Assembly (NCBI GenBank): GCA_946965045.2
Contig: OX337235.1
Coordinates: forward strand, 3,162,001-3,226,000
Length of the DNA stretch: 64,000 nucleotides
Source of the DNA: Epithemia pelagica
Taxonomy: Eukaryota > Protista > Bacillariophyta
Direction: 5' to 3'
The translations under genes were made by a program, and so were the position numbers. The stretch's first letter is position 1, and every line of letters starts with the position of its first letter. This document shows, in pieces, positions 1 to 10,281 of the stretch. Below the pieces are notes generated by a model, which had not been told where the DNA came from, searched no databases, and saw only the letters and a program-made list of their open reading frames with translations.

Positions 1-404
1 GTGCTTTCGCTGGAGGCAGAGGATGATGATTCAACAATCTTCGTCGCCTCGGGGATGGATGGGTCAACGTCTCCCTCGCACTGCTTAAACGCGTCAGTCT
101 CTGCCCTGGTTGTCTCACTGACTTCGGAGACTTGGAGGCTCTGCAAGTGGACGAGGTAGTTCTTGATGAGCAGAAGTTTGTACCAACTAAACTTCTTTGC
201 AAGCTGCTCTCGTCGCTTCTCGCCTTTGGTTCCGTAAAAGAAGGGGTTTTTCTCTGCAATCTCCAAGAAGCTGACCGACTGCCGTGGAAGCTTCGACCTT
301 TCGATGTCACCAACAATCTGCTTCAACTCGTATTGAGCAAAGAGTGTTTGCCTTTTCTCTTTGGCTTTTTTCTCGTTCTCTTGCTGTTCCTCTTTGGTCT
401 GCAT
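1..404 (-). CDS. Hypothetical protein, probable transposon accessory gene, open to the left window edge (MQTKEEQQENEKK...IVGDIERSKLPRQSVSFLEIAEKNPFFYGTKGEKRREQLAKKF...)
   Basis: Manual reverse-strand translation gives >=134 stop-free codons from ATG 404 to the window start (not in the ORF track because it has no stop). It is divergent from the 945 gene. The TE-accessory role is inferred from context. Confidence 0.55.
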   Translation of the reverse strand, partial: MQTKEEQQENEKKAKEKRQTLFAQYELKQIVGDIERSKLPRQSVSFLEIAEKNPFFYGTKGEKRREQLAKKFSWYKLLLIKNYLVHLQSLQVSEVSETTRAETDAFKQCEGDVDPSIPEATKIVESSSSASSES

Positions 405-695
405 TATGCTCTCGTCTTTCGTCTTGTGACAACAGAAACAATCAACCAGCATGACCGAGCCTTGCTTGCAAGTCAGAGGCGCCAAACAACAAAGACAAGG
501 ATGCCTATCTAGTTGATAAGAATCATAGAGCAATGATTGCCTAAGTCTTCTTCTATTTAAACTCTTTCTTAGGAACAAGCCCTTGACGTGCATGCTACAT
601 TCGTTTCCGTGTAGGAGACCAAATGACAGGCGTGACCCCACAACAAGTCAAAAGAGTCTCGACATGCGTCAAATGATGGATGCTTGTATATAGGG

Positions 696-900
696 AATGC
701 CGATTTGTGCCATGCATGCGAGGCAGGCTTCTGTCCATCCGCTTCCGCATGGTAGAACGAAAACACAACGACGAGTAACAAGCATCTCGGCATGCTTCGA
801 ATAATTATTGCGTGTATCTACCTAGCTAGAATGCCGATTTGTGCCATGCACGTGATCCCCGTCCGTTTCCGCATGGTTGAACGGACAAAACACAAGACTC
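696..900. repeat. Imperfect direct repeat (~75-bp units at ~696 and ~828) in the divergent promoter region
   Basis: GAATGCCGATTTGTGCCATGCA and TCCG(C/T)TTCCGCATGGT(A/T)GAACG each occur twice, about 130 bp apart. Confidence 0.75.
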
Positions 901-944
901 ATACATGTGACGGCCCCGGACGTCTCACAAAACAATCAAACACC

Positions 945-1497
945 ATGGCTCCAAGCAAGAACGACGGATGGATCAATTGGAGGTTCTGCAAGTCCAGGGA
1001 GCTGGTGATCTCGGACCTGGTGGACGGGACGATGCCCATCGATGCGACAGCTTCTGCCGCATGGGACCATTACAAGAAGACAGCTGTTTTTATCAAGGAG
1101 AAAGTTGTTTGGAGCCAGTTCGAGCAACGCTACAAGGATCACGTCAAGCAGACTCGTAAGAGCAAGTCTCTCAGTGATCAACAGATGGAGGCTCTACTGT
1201 TCGACAGGACCTGGAGAGTTGACTTTTGATCTCTCGGAAGCCAAGATGGAGTTGCGTGCTGATGTTGCGGACGGAAAGCATCTCAAGACTACACCGCTTG
1301 AGCTACAACGCACGCGACAATCCTACAAACAGTTTTCGTCCAAAAAGTTCAAGGAGCATATCTACCAGGAGCAGCGCCGCAAAAAGTTTGTTGCTGAGTT
1401 GGAACTCAAACGAGTCAACGAAAAGAAGAAGAAAGAGCAGCTACGAGGAATCAATGAGGTCCCAGTGACGGAGGATCAGGAAAACCAGCAGAGCTAG
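945..1497 (+). pseudogene. Frameshifted helical-repeat protein, probable PIF/Harbinger-type accessory (DNA-binding-like) gene
   Basis: ATG 945 (MAPSKNDGWINWRFCKSRELVISDLVDG...ALLFDR) continues in another frame near 1205-1220 (GELTFDLSEAKMELRADVADGKH...YKQFSSKKFKEHIYQEQRRKKF). Two similar W/F-x-S-x-AK/SR..D..G units. Confidence 0.6.
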
Positions 1498-1552
1498 TAA
1501 CTACTTTCTATAGTCCTTCATTCACCCTTTAAGACTCTCATTTTTTGTCGTT

Positions 1553-1742
1553 TTCACATCGTCTTCACATTTCACATCGTCTTCACATCTTCTTCACATC
1601 TTCTTCACATCGTTGATGTGAATTTTCACATATTCATGTGAATTTTCACATGAAGTGTGAATATTCCTATCGCCACTGTTTTCTTCACATCACAGATGCG
1701 AAATTTCACATCGTCGATGTGAAATTTCACATGAAGTTTCCC
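1553..1742. repeat. Array of about 14 TTCACAT/ATGTGAA motifs ending in ...GAAGTTTCCC|TTA; probable subterminal repeats and terminus of a DNA transposon
   Basis: Direct and palindromic copies (ATGTGAA-TT-TTCACAT) are visible. The array ends in CCC followed by TTA, as expected for a PIF/Harbinger end (GGG-start TIR, TWA TSD). Confidence 0.7.
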
Positions 1743-2431
1743 TTAAGTAAAATCACACGCCGTCCGGTTAGGTTACTTAGATACGAGAGAAGGCATGCGT
1801 GATAACACATAGAATACTTAGATGAGAAGTACAGTACTACCAATTTTCTAAAATGTCAACCTACAGTCCTCTGTGAAGATTTTCCGGGTGTCCCTGATGC
1901 TATGATAAGGTCACCTTCGTCCTTGCCGCAGCCCTAGTTTAACAAATTGTTCTAAATAGTTGCTTACTTGCGGAACTATGGGCCCCTTTCGAATCACCAC
2001 GACTGGTATTGCATAGTAGACTAGAGAGAGTAGCCAATACATAGATGAGATTGCAATCACATCAAGTCTCCTCTTGGTTTTTTAGAAATACAGTCTGTGG
2101 TGCGAATGAAGTAGTAAGCAGTTACCTTTAGCTCCGATCTTTTATTTCAGTTCGTCTGAAATCCGACTGACATCATGTCAGTGAATATATCACTGACGTC
2201 TGACAGAAGGAGTAAGTAACAAGGCATTACGGGTAGCTACCCACTACTTGACTTGCCCTTGTACTCCTAGAGTAGGAGTAGTACTAGAGGAGTAGTAGCT
2301 ACGTAGAAAATGCATTAGGACACATAGCATGTATGATGTCTACTAGCAGAATGATTATGGCCACTCTAGACTCTAAAGGTCGAATGGCAATCTAGCTAGA
2401 TGCAATCTCAAGTGATCTAGAGACCATGCAT

Positions 2432-3344
2432 TTAGGCGAGAGCATGGTTGTGCTGAGCGGTGATGTCGAAAGGTGCACCCCCAGTCATGATTTCTAGCTG
2501 TGTGATGACAGCAATAGGAGTAAATACAAAGCGGTGCTTGTTTCGGTCATGACGAAAAACTTGAGAGAGCGCACCGAAGTCCTTGAATCGTCCGTTGACG
2601 ATCTCATGGCGAGAGCGAGCAAGGGCCATCTCACGTGCGTGTTCGGGATTCCGAGCTTGTTGTTTGAGAATGACGGTAGGGTCTTTGTACGTTCCATCCG
2701 CTACCACACGCTCGCCAGGAAGCAAGTGGGTCTTCAAGGCCATGCGATAAATATGAAGATCCGAGTAGGTCCCGCAAGGGAAAGGGCCGTGGATCCAAAC
2801 TATCCAACCCGTGTTAATACACGTGGCTACCTCCCAACGGACACCCGGACCACGAAATTTGTGCATAAACCAACCAGGGTTAAAGCCTAGTGCCCTAGGC
2901 TCGAAGATTCTATAGTCGGTTCCATCTACGACCAGCGCTGAACGCAGGTGGGTGTCTCGCATGAAGCGGTTACCCAATCTTATCTGTGTACAGAAACAGG
3001 TAGAGAAAAAATTGGTGAGTGGGGGATTTCGTGGGGGAGTTCAAATTTCAGTGACCACAGAACTTACAAATTGCACGCGGAGTGTGGTCATTCCTTTGAG
3101 AATGAACCACACCCATTTTCGAAGTGTTTTCTCATCGACATGGAACACAGCGGCATGTTGGGCCTCTGTCCCATAGTTCTTTAGAAAAAAAAGAGACCAA
3201 AATAGATGATTAAGGACACAGCCATTCAGCTGTGTGATCCAATTCTGTAAGTGGATCCGTACCGTAGAACGATTTGAAACGACGGTACGCGTTGTCCGGA
3301 GCTCCAGCAACCCGGCCCAGCATCTCCAAGCCATGAAAGAGCAT
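2432..3344 (-). pseudogene. PIF/Harbinger (DDE_Tnp_4-type) transposase, one intron (2984-3067), frameshifted near the N-terminus
   Basis: Catalytic motifs VVDGTDY, HKF.GPG.RWEV, GPFPCG..SD, VVADGTY, RSRHEIVNGRFK; HTH-like HLFWSLFFLK.Y.TE...VDEKTLRKWVW. The GTAAGT...CACAG intron joins in frame. RRFKSFYGTDP (from ATG 3344) is in a different frame from the downstream part (shift near 3245-3260). Confidence 0.85.
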
Positions 3345-3348
3345 GTGA

Positions 3349-3373
3349 GGGGGGGGGGGGGGGGGGGGGGGGG
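3349..3373 (+). repeat. G25 homopolymer
   Basis: Directly visible; lies 4 nt beyond the transposase ATG. Confidence 0.9.
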
Positions 3374-3456
3374 AGGACTACACTTAGCTAAGGCAGAGAT
3401 ATGATTGGTCGAAAACCTCCAAAACCTATGTCGTTCCTACTATATTACTTAGACAA

Positions 3457-6190
3457 TAATAATAATAACTCATAGATTAGTTTAACGAGAAACTGCCGAA
3501 GGCTTTTACGTCGCTTGTGTACCTAGGGGAGACGAATCCCGCCCGGGCAAGTCGACCAGAATTGGAAAGGATATAGAAAGACATGCAAGAGATGGAGGGA
3601 AATATCGATATGCACACAGTCAAAACCACAATAAACAAAGAAGGGACGCTCCACTCAGGTATCCCGTGAGCGGAGGAAAAAGGAGCGAAAACATCGCTGT
3701 TGCCGTCGGAGCGCCCGAGCCGTTGCAGTGACGACCGGAGTCGAAAGGCGACGCAAGAACGCCTGTTGGATATGGGGCGGATCCTGTAGCCGGCGCTCCA
3801 ATGGACGGCGAAAGAGAAGACGGAGAAGAGGGGAGGTACGGAGAGGCCCGGAATACGCCAGTTGGATGGCCTGTTGCCGTTCAGCCTGAAGACGAAGGGC
3901 CTCATTGGCATGAAAGATCGCGTTGCGATGCTCCCACTGATCCCAAGCAGTATTCCATAACTGCTGAATCAGGGATGCTAACCAACGACGGCCTGAGTAT
4001 CGTTTGCCCAAAAATTGGTAGTGCTGCTGTTGGACGGCGGCCCAATGCAAGGACCAGAATCCCATTACGGCAGACGTCCAGCCAAGTTGTGATTGTTCCT
4101 CTAAAGCGTCGCGTAAACCCGGAACGGAAGTAAAGGGTGGGGTATAGTTGGAGTCATCCACCCAAGCGCGAAGATGGTCGAGGATCATTCTTGCCACCGA
4201 GGGTTGGGTGTGACGGAGGGCCATCCAGCGGTCGAGACGCGTCAACGACTCGTGCCAGCGATGCTTTGCCTCGGAGTGGGGACACCGTAGGACGTGATCC
4301 GCCGTTTCCACTGCCGCTCCACAGCGCGGACACCGTGGTTCGCGCCACTGCCGCCGCCGGACCATCTCGACGCCAACCGCGGACCGGTTGGCCGTATGCT
4401 TGATGACCCAGTGTCGGCGACTCTGCGGCAGTTGGAGAAGAGCATGCGCACGAGCACCCCAATCCACAATCTGCGCCGAGGCCGTACCATAGCGTTGCAG
4501 TCGCTGCCAGTGGGCCTCCAAGGGAGGGCGGAGAACATGAGAGCGGACCTGAGACGCCAACGAGGATACGATTTCAGAGTCACCAAGTCGAATGGAAGGG
4601 AGAGGAGTCGAAACAAAGCAAGGGACACAGTCAGGGGGAACACGCGAGTACACCTCAGAGGCACACCAATCCATATAAATGTTCCGACGGGCCCAGATAT
4701 CCAATTGAGAGGTAGTCTGGTCTTGATGTCCTTTTACGTGGAAAGCCTGCCACCGAACCTTAGGTAAACCATCCAACAACCACCGACAGTGGGAGAGGAG
4801 ATCCCAACTATGGTCCGCCACCGTGGCCGGAGTTGGCCGACGGAAAACGCGGCCAAGAACCGAATCGCTATCAGTAGCAAAGTGGACCGTACCCGCTAAA
4901 TCTGGAAACCACAAAGCAATGGCCCGAAGGAGAGTCGCAATCCCAATGACGCCGGCTAGTTCACTTCTGAAAGAACAATGGGCCGTGGGCGGGCCTGGAA
5001 TACGGAAACCCGCCGCCAAACTCGCCAGTTCATCAGGGGCGGTAGCGAGGCCCCAGGCACAAGTGCCAGCCTGAGATTCGAGAGCCGACCCATCAGAGAA
5101 CGCGGCCAGGGCGCCTTGTTGAAGTGCCTTGATTAACAAAGGGAGCAGATGCTCAGCTGGGTCACGAAACCACACCGGGGCCACTTGAGTCATAGCATCA
5201 CTGGCCCAATCAAAAGTACGAGGTCGAACAGGGAGAGGAGGAAAGCACATGGCCAGATCAACAGGGATCGCATCCGAATATAACAGAATAGGGGACGTTG
5301 GGGGGCCGTAGACATCGGCCGCGAAAAGCGGAGGCGAGAAGACCAAGGAGGCAACAGAGACGCGTTCCGTTGTAAGGGAGAAGACTGGCCGCCCACGACG
5401 GGTGGGGCGGGCAGCCGCCACTGTCCAGACACCATCACCAGAAGGGACAAATAACCGATTCCAATGTGGGCAGAACAGCACCAACGAGGACAACACAAAC
5501 GGGACGTTCCAGGAGCCGAGAGTCGACGACAACCGACGAAAACGCGAGTCAACACCAAAAGTACGAACCAGGGCTGCTTGCCATTCCTGCCAAGCCAGGG
5601 CAGATGGGGGAGGGGACCTTGGCCACCACTCAGTATGGGGCCTACGACTACACGGGCCAGAGCCCGTCCAAGCAGCGAGAAGGATAGAAGTGCCGTCAAC
5701 GGACGTAATGTCCGCAAGAGTAAAAGCCCGGAGGTACATCCAACAAGCATTCAAACGTGCCAACGCCGTAGGATTCCGAATACCGTGAGTCCAAAAAGAT
5801 TCCATAAGAAACACGTCCCCAGTTCGGAGAGCCGGAACCGAGGGAATGGGGGAAGGCAGGGACACAGCGTATTGGGAGCAAAAGGCCCACAGACTCGTGC
5901 ACCACGTCGGGACCGCGCAAGGAGACCACACCGAGAACTCCAGGTCAAAGGGATTACCGGGTGTGCCTAACTCCAATTGCAGAAATTCCACTGAGTTACG
6001 AAGCAGGAATCCCGTTATCGAGGTCACCGAGCGGCCAAAGCCAATGAATGCCGTCAAATGAGCTACCGCCTGTTCGACATAAAGGTCCGGAACAGCAAAT
6101 CCACCTGTTGCGGTAGGGCCGTGGACCACAGCCCGCGGCATTGAGCGCACAATATGAGAACGACTTAAGCCAATCTGGAGAAGGGGCGAG
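3457..6190 (-). mobile_element. 5'-truncated non-LTR retrotransposon (LINE) with RNase H, (TTA)4 tail and 19-bp TSD
   Basis: TACTATATTACTTAGACAA occurs at 3438-3456 and 6191-6209; (TAA)4 at 3457-3468 is the minus-strand tail; the ORF is open right up to the 5' break. Confidence 0.92.
3655..6190 (-). pseudogene. C-terminal ~840 aa of LINE ORF2 (post-RT region, RNase H, CCHC zinc knuckle); endonuclease and RT core missing
   Basis: PRAVVHGP..GG (end of RT region), RNase H motifs AFSDGSA / SFRSELAG / ATDSDSV / HVKGHQD / NIYMD, and CPRCG...ETADHVLRC. Confidence 0.88.
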
Positions 6191-6517
6191 TACTATATTA
6201 CTTAGACAAACCTTTGAAAACCTCCAAGGTTTTGAAATATTTGACTATACATTAGACTAGAGTGACGAAGTAAGACAAGGTTTCCTACCATACAAATTAA
6301 CGGAGTATCGGACTTAGGAATGGAGGGAATATGGAGGCAATTCATCATGCCGATCCATCGGCACCCAAAATGGATCGACAATGAGGGTGCCGATAGAGCG
6401 CCAAAAAACTTCCTATCACTACGGCAAACGAAAAACAACAATCAAACAAATTTGGCAATGGTCATAAACAGGGGATTATTACATGCATGGAAAAAAGCTA
6501 GCGCTTAAAAAAAAACC

Positions 6518-9500
6518 ATGGCAGGTGAAGGCCTTAATGGCAGCAGCAACAGCGCGGCCAAGAGGTTGAGCAACCCATACGTTGGATGGACACCGCAGCC
6601 ACTACCACAAGCAATCCGCAACAGCACAGAACGGAACGAAACACGTGTTCCCACCGGCTTTCCTTTAGTTTCTGACTTATTTGGAGAGAGAGGAGAGAGG
6701 AAAATGGGAGTCCAAAGCCAAAAGCGAGCTACAAACAGTAGAGCAATCCGCAGGAGACCAGAGCATCAGTACAAGTCATCAACAGCTCACAGTCGAAAGA
6801 AGGCTGACGATGAGGACCGCCCCTTTGACCCAGCTCGAGACTGCCCTGTCTGCAAGAGAGAGGCAGCAGGCAAGTCCCAACCACATCGAAAACATCACGA
6901 TCTTTGCCCTTGTAGTAGAAGCAATCGCAAAAACCAAAAAGTATGCACAAAGTACATGAAGAAACTGACGGACGTGTTTGCATCGAACCAACAACGCCAG
7001 TCTCCCCTCAAACAGAAGGAGGCCGTCCAGCAGCAAGCGATGTACACTTTCTTTGTCCCTTCTCCTGATAGGAAAAGGAAGGCAAGTGACAACGACTCGA
7101 AACCGAAAGCAAAGAAGCTGAAACCACCCCCACAGGGGCAGATGAATCTTCAACCACCACCTCCACCACAAAATGGCGGCAGTACAAATGACCCAATTGT
7201 TTTGGATGATGCAGATATGGTTCCTGTTCAGGGTGCTCCAGAAATGGATGAATCCGAAATGAACAGGAACCTCTCTGTGGATCAGATGGAAGTAAATGAG
7301 ACCGAATCTCCTCCCACTGGTCCTCCCCTTGTTGCCTCGAATGTCGCGGCTGGAGTAACAGATACAACGCTTCCACCAATGGCAATGCCAACAGGTTCCC
7401 TTCTTACCATCGTTGAAGGGAGCTTGAGTGGAGATGGCAGTAAAAAAAAGAAAGGAATCCCTGAACCCATCAGTATAGTTGCGGAGTTCATTTCAAAGAT
7501 GTCGAAAGAGGATTTGGACTTGTGGTTTCCGCCCCATAGTCTCAAGTTTGTAATCCCCAATGACAGGAGCTACGGTAGACCACTCAACCCCCTCTACCAT
7601 TCAGTCGAGGGTACGTCCCTTTATCATGTTCACTGGGAAGCCCATTTCCCCAATATCAAGATCCTTTGTCCGGATCCAACCTGCGACGGAGGGATGCTGA
7701 AACAAGATCGGACGAATTATTCCAAGAATAAGACTTTGATGCCCTTGTTTAATATGAGCGGACCGCCATCGTGGTGCATAGTGATGTCGTATGTTTGTCA
7801 GACATGTGGGAAGCGGTACAATGGCAATGATGGTCGTGTGCTTCTCACGTTACCCGAGTACGTGCGTAATGCATACCCCGTGGAGCCGAAGTATGCTGGA
7901 GCGGGCAACTGCCATCTCGACCTCGACTGCTGTCATGTTGTGCAAGAGAATATGGTAACGTACGGAAACGGCGAACAGCTTGCGCGATTGATTGCGAGCC
8001 GAGGAAGTAAGGACTACCTCCGTCGGTTCGCTGAGTATGTCTCTTTCATGAGCCATTACAATGCTCACAGCGACAACCCAGTCACCCCTGCAGAGTATCC
8101 CAGCTTTGAAGAGTTCATGCCAACCATGCCCCCAGCTGGTGATACGATTCGAGATCTGTTTGATGAAGCTTGCGCTTCGAACCTTACACCTTATAGGGTA
8201 AGCGATCATGATCGGTGTGTTCGCGAGATGCAATCAGTTGGAACCAACGCTTTCTTTGCCCAAGACCATACAATGGAGATGGTCAAGAACTACACCAAGA
8301 AGCTTGGAGCGGCGGCCGCTTGGGATACAGCAACCGAAACCGGTGAAATCGCTTCCGTTGTATTGACAGGAGGCACTGGGGTGGCTGATATTGCGCATGC
8401 CGCCGAGCAATTGGCCCGTCGACCACATTTCAATCCGGTTGCCATGTACAGTGACACGTACCCTGCTAAGGACGCGTTCTGGAAGATCTTGTTCGGTGCG
8501 GTACTGACTGGGCGACTCGGTTTGTACCATTTTCAACAAAGGATCATCAAAACGCTTCGTCAGGGCCACATCGATTATCATAGAGCTTTGCGAGAACTCT
8601 GCCATTGCATCTATGAGTGGGAGCCCGAAACGTACCAGGCATTGGTACAGGCTCTTCGTGCAGGAAATATGGGTCGAGACAAGAAACCATTGTCTGATCA
8701 AGATATCCTTGACATCGAAATGTCCAAGGATTTCCGTAAGAAGTATGGAAAGTTCCTCATGAAGAAAATCAGGCCCCCTGATGTCATTCGACAGAAGCTT
8801 GAAGAATGGTTCTGTAATTACAAGGTTGACTCTTCCGATCCCATCGAACGACCTGGTCGCGGACGCCCCGATCCCATTACAGGAAAGAAGCTTTTCACCG
8901 TCGATACCAAGACCGCCCTGGAAGAGCAGAAGAAGAATGCGGCACATATTCAGGACATTGTGCCTGTTCAGGATATGTATCGCGTTATCCCACCCACGAA
9001 GACGACTCGTCATGGTTTGGCCGAGTACAGTTTGTTGCGATGTGAATCGAAACTCGAGGGGTTCCATGATCACCTTGCTCACTTCGGTAATGTTGGAATG
9101 CGTTCTTCCTTGTGCGACAATGTCAACTTGTTAGGTACAACAATGTACAACACGAGAATCCGTCATCGGCTTCGTATGGCTGCAACACCAGTCGATGAAC
9201 GGCCGAATGTTCCAGCATATTGGGCCAATAATCCCACATTTTACAACCATTCCGAGCTCGGTTACATCAACGATCTCGCAAAGGAGTCCGGATATCCAAC
9301 AATTCCTTTCGAGTATGCTCGTGAGTTGCCTGAAGACAACGGCGAGCGGTTCTTTTCAGAGTATTGGATTCAGGAGCGAGCAAGGCAGGCTGCTTTCCAA
9401 TCGTCTCCCTTAAATGATCGTTGTTACTGTGATCAGTGTGGAAATAATCCGGTTCCTCTTGTTCATGACAAGAAGAAATCGCCATTGCTCCCAAACAAGA

Positions 9501-10051
9501 ATGGTCCATCTTCGAAGGAAGCGGACAGTGTTTGGTCCTCCCCTCTTATCGCGACACCAGTCAAATCGAAGAACGAAGAGACGCCCTCATCTGTGGATGT
9601 CGTTACGAAGGCTGTGTTTGATTCCTCCAAGAAGGCATCACCATCCAGTTCCTCCAAAAAGGCATCGTCCACACCCAGTTGCGATGATTCGTCTCCAACT
9701 TTGGTTGACCTGTCTCCTGTTCCTCTATCGCCGCAAAAACTGTCTCCTGTGAAAGCTTCCCCTGATATTCCAGGTTGGAGTAACCAGCTTTACTGCGTGC
9801 CCGCCCAGATGGAGGGTAGTCATCCGCCGTTCCTTGTTCCTCGAGGTGGTTACCCGATGTTTGGCGGACCAGCGCCTCAGTATCCACAAGCACAAGGATG
9901 GGGATGGGGAAATATTGCAGAAACGGCCCGTCCAAAGGCTCAGCATCAGGTATGCTGTCAGCCATTTCTTCAGTGGGCCTGTCGTCCCAACCGAAATGGC
10001 CGTCCACCTCATGACAAGAGTTGTCCAAAGTCGAGCAAAGCCAAAAAGTAG
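6518..10051 (+). CDS. 1177-aa putative DDE transposase (DUF6729-like / Mutator-like), intact ORF
   Basis: Cys pairs CPDPTC and YVCQTC, followed by QDHT ... YSDTYP ... RLGLYHFQQRI ... RCESKLEGFHDHL, a spacing that recalls Mutator D/D/xxH/E cores. Small C..H..C knuckles at both ends. No TIR found. Confidence 0.6.
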   Translation: MAGEGLNGSSNSAAKRLSNPYVGWTPQPLPQAIRNSTERNETRVPTGFPLVSDLFGERGERKMGVQSQKRATNSRAIRRRPEHQYKSSTAHSRKKADDEDRPFDPARDCPVCKREAAGKSQPHRKHHDLCPCSRSNRKNQKVCTKYMKKLTDVFASNQQRQSPLKQKEAVQQQAMYTFFVPSPDRKRKASDNDSKPKAKKLKPPPQGQMNLQPPPPPQNGGSTNDPIVLDDADMVPVQGAPEMDESEMNRNLSVDQMEVNETESPPTGPPLVASNVAAGVTDTTLPPMAMPTGSLLTIVEGSLSGDGSKKKKGIPEPISIVAEFISKMSKEDLDLWFPPHSLKFVIPNDRSYGRPLNPLYHSVEGTSLYHVHWEAHFPNIKILCPDPTCDGGMLKQDRTNYSKNKTLMPLFNMSGPPSWCIVMSYVCQTCGKRYNGNDGRVLLTLPEYVRNAYPVEPKYAGAGNCHLDLDCCHVVQENMVTYGNGEQLARLIASRGSKDYLRRFAEYVSFMSHYNAHSDNPVTPAEYPSFEEFMPTMPPAGDTIRDLFDEACASNLTPYRVSDHDRCVREMQSVGTNAFFAQDHTMEMVKNYTKKLGAAAAWDTATETGEIASVVLTGGTGVADIAHAAEQLARRPHFNPVAMYSDTYPAKDAFWKILFGAVLTGRLGLYHFQQRIIKTLRQGHIDYHRALRELCHCIYEWEPETYQALVQALRAGNMGRDKKPLSDQDILDIEMSKDFRKKYGKFLMKKIRPPDVIRQKLEEWFCNYKVDSSDPIERPGRGRPDPITGKKLFTVDTKTALEEQKKNAAHIQDIVPVQDMYRVIPPTKTTRHGLAEYSLLRCESKLEGFHDHLAHFGNVGMRSSLCDNVNLLGTTMYNTRIRHRLRMAATPVDERPNVPAYWANNPTFYNHSELGYINDLAKESGYPTIPFEYARELPEDNGERFFSEYWIQERARQAAFQSSPLNDRCYCDQCGNNPVPLVHDKKKSPLLPNKNGPSSKEADSVWSSPLIATPVKSKNEETPSSVDVVTKAVFDSSKKASPSSSSKKASSTPSCDDSSPTLVDLSPVPLSPQKLSPVKASPDIPGWSNQLYCVPAQMEGSHPPFLVPRGGYPMFGGPAPQYPQAQGWGWGNIAETARPKAQHQVCCQPFLQWACRPNRNGRPPHDKSCPKSSKAKK

Positions 10052-10281
10052 GAAACTGGATTACGGCCGTCTCCGCGTTGTGTTTCATGCGGTGACTGTT
10101 TGCCATTTGCGATAGTAATACGAACGATAAAAGACAGAGTAGTGTTTGCCAACATGTTCTATCATGGTTACAGTCAAGTTTCAAACTTGCCCATTAGAAG
10201 AATAGCAGAATGGAGAGACTCACTCATATCCATCGCTTAGGGAGCCGTGGGAAATGGCCATCCACGTGCATATGGTGCTTC

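Larger units (their letters stand above)
1..1742. mobile_element. Putative right part of a PIF/Harbinger-like DNA transposon (left end outside the window)
   Basis: Subterminal array plus CCC|TTA end and two accessory-type genes. The other TIR is not visible, so this is inference. Confidence 0.4.

Noticed and set aside
132-512. Plus-strand 126-aa ORF
   Set aside because: It is the antisense shadow of the minus-strand ORF at 1-404, which has far more protein-like composition.
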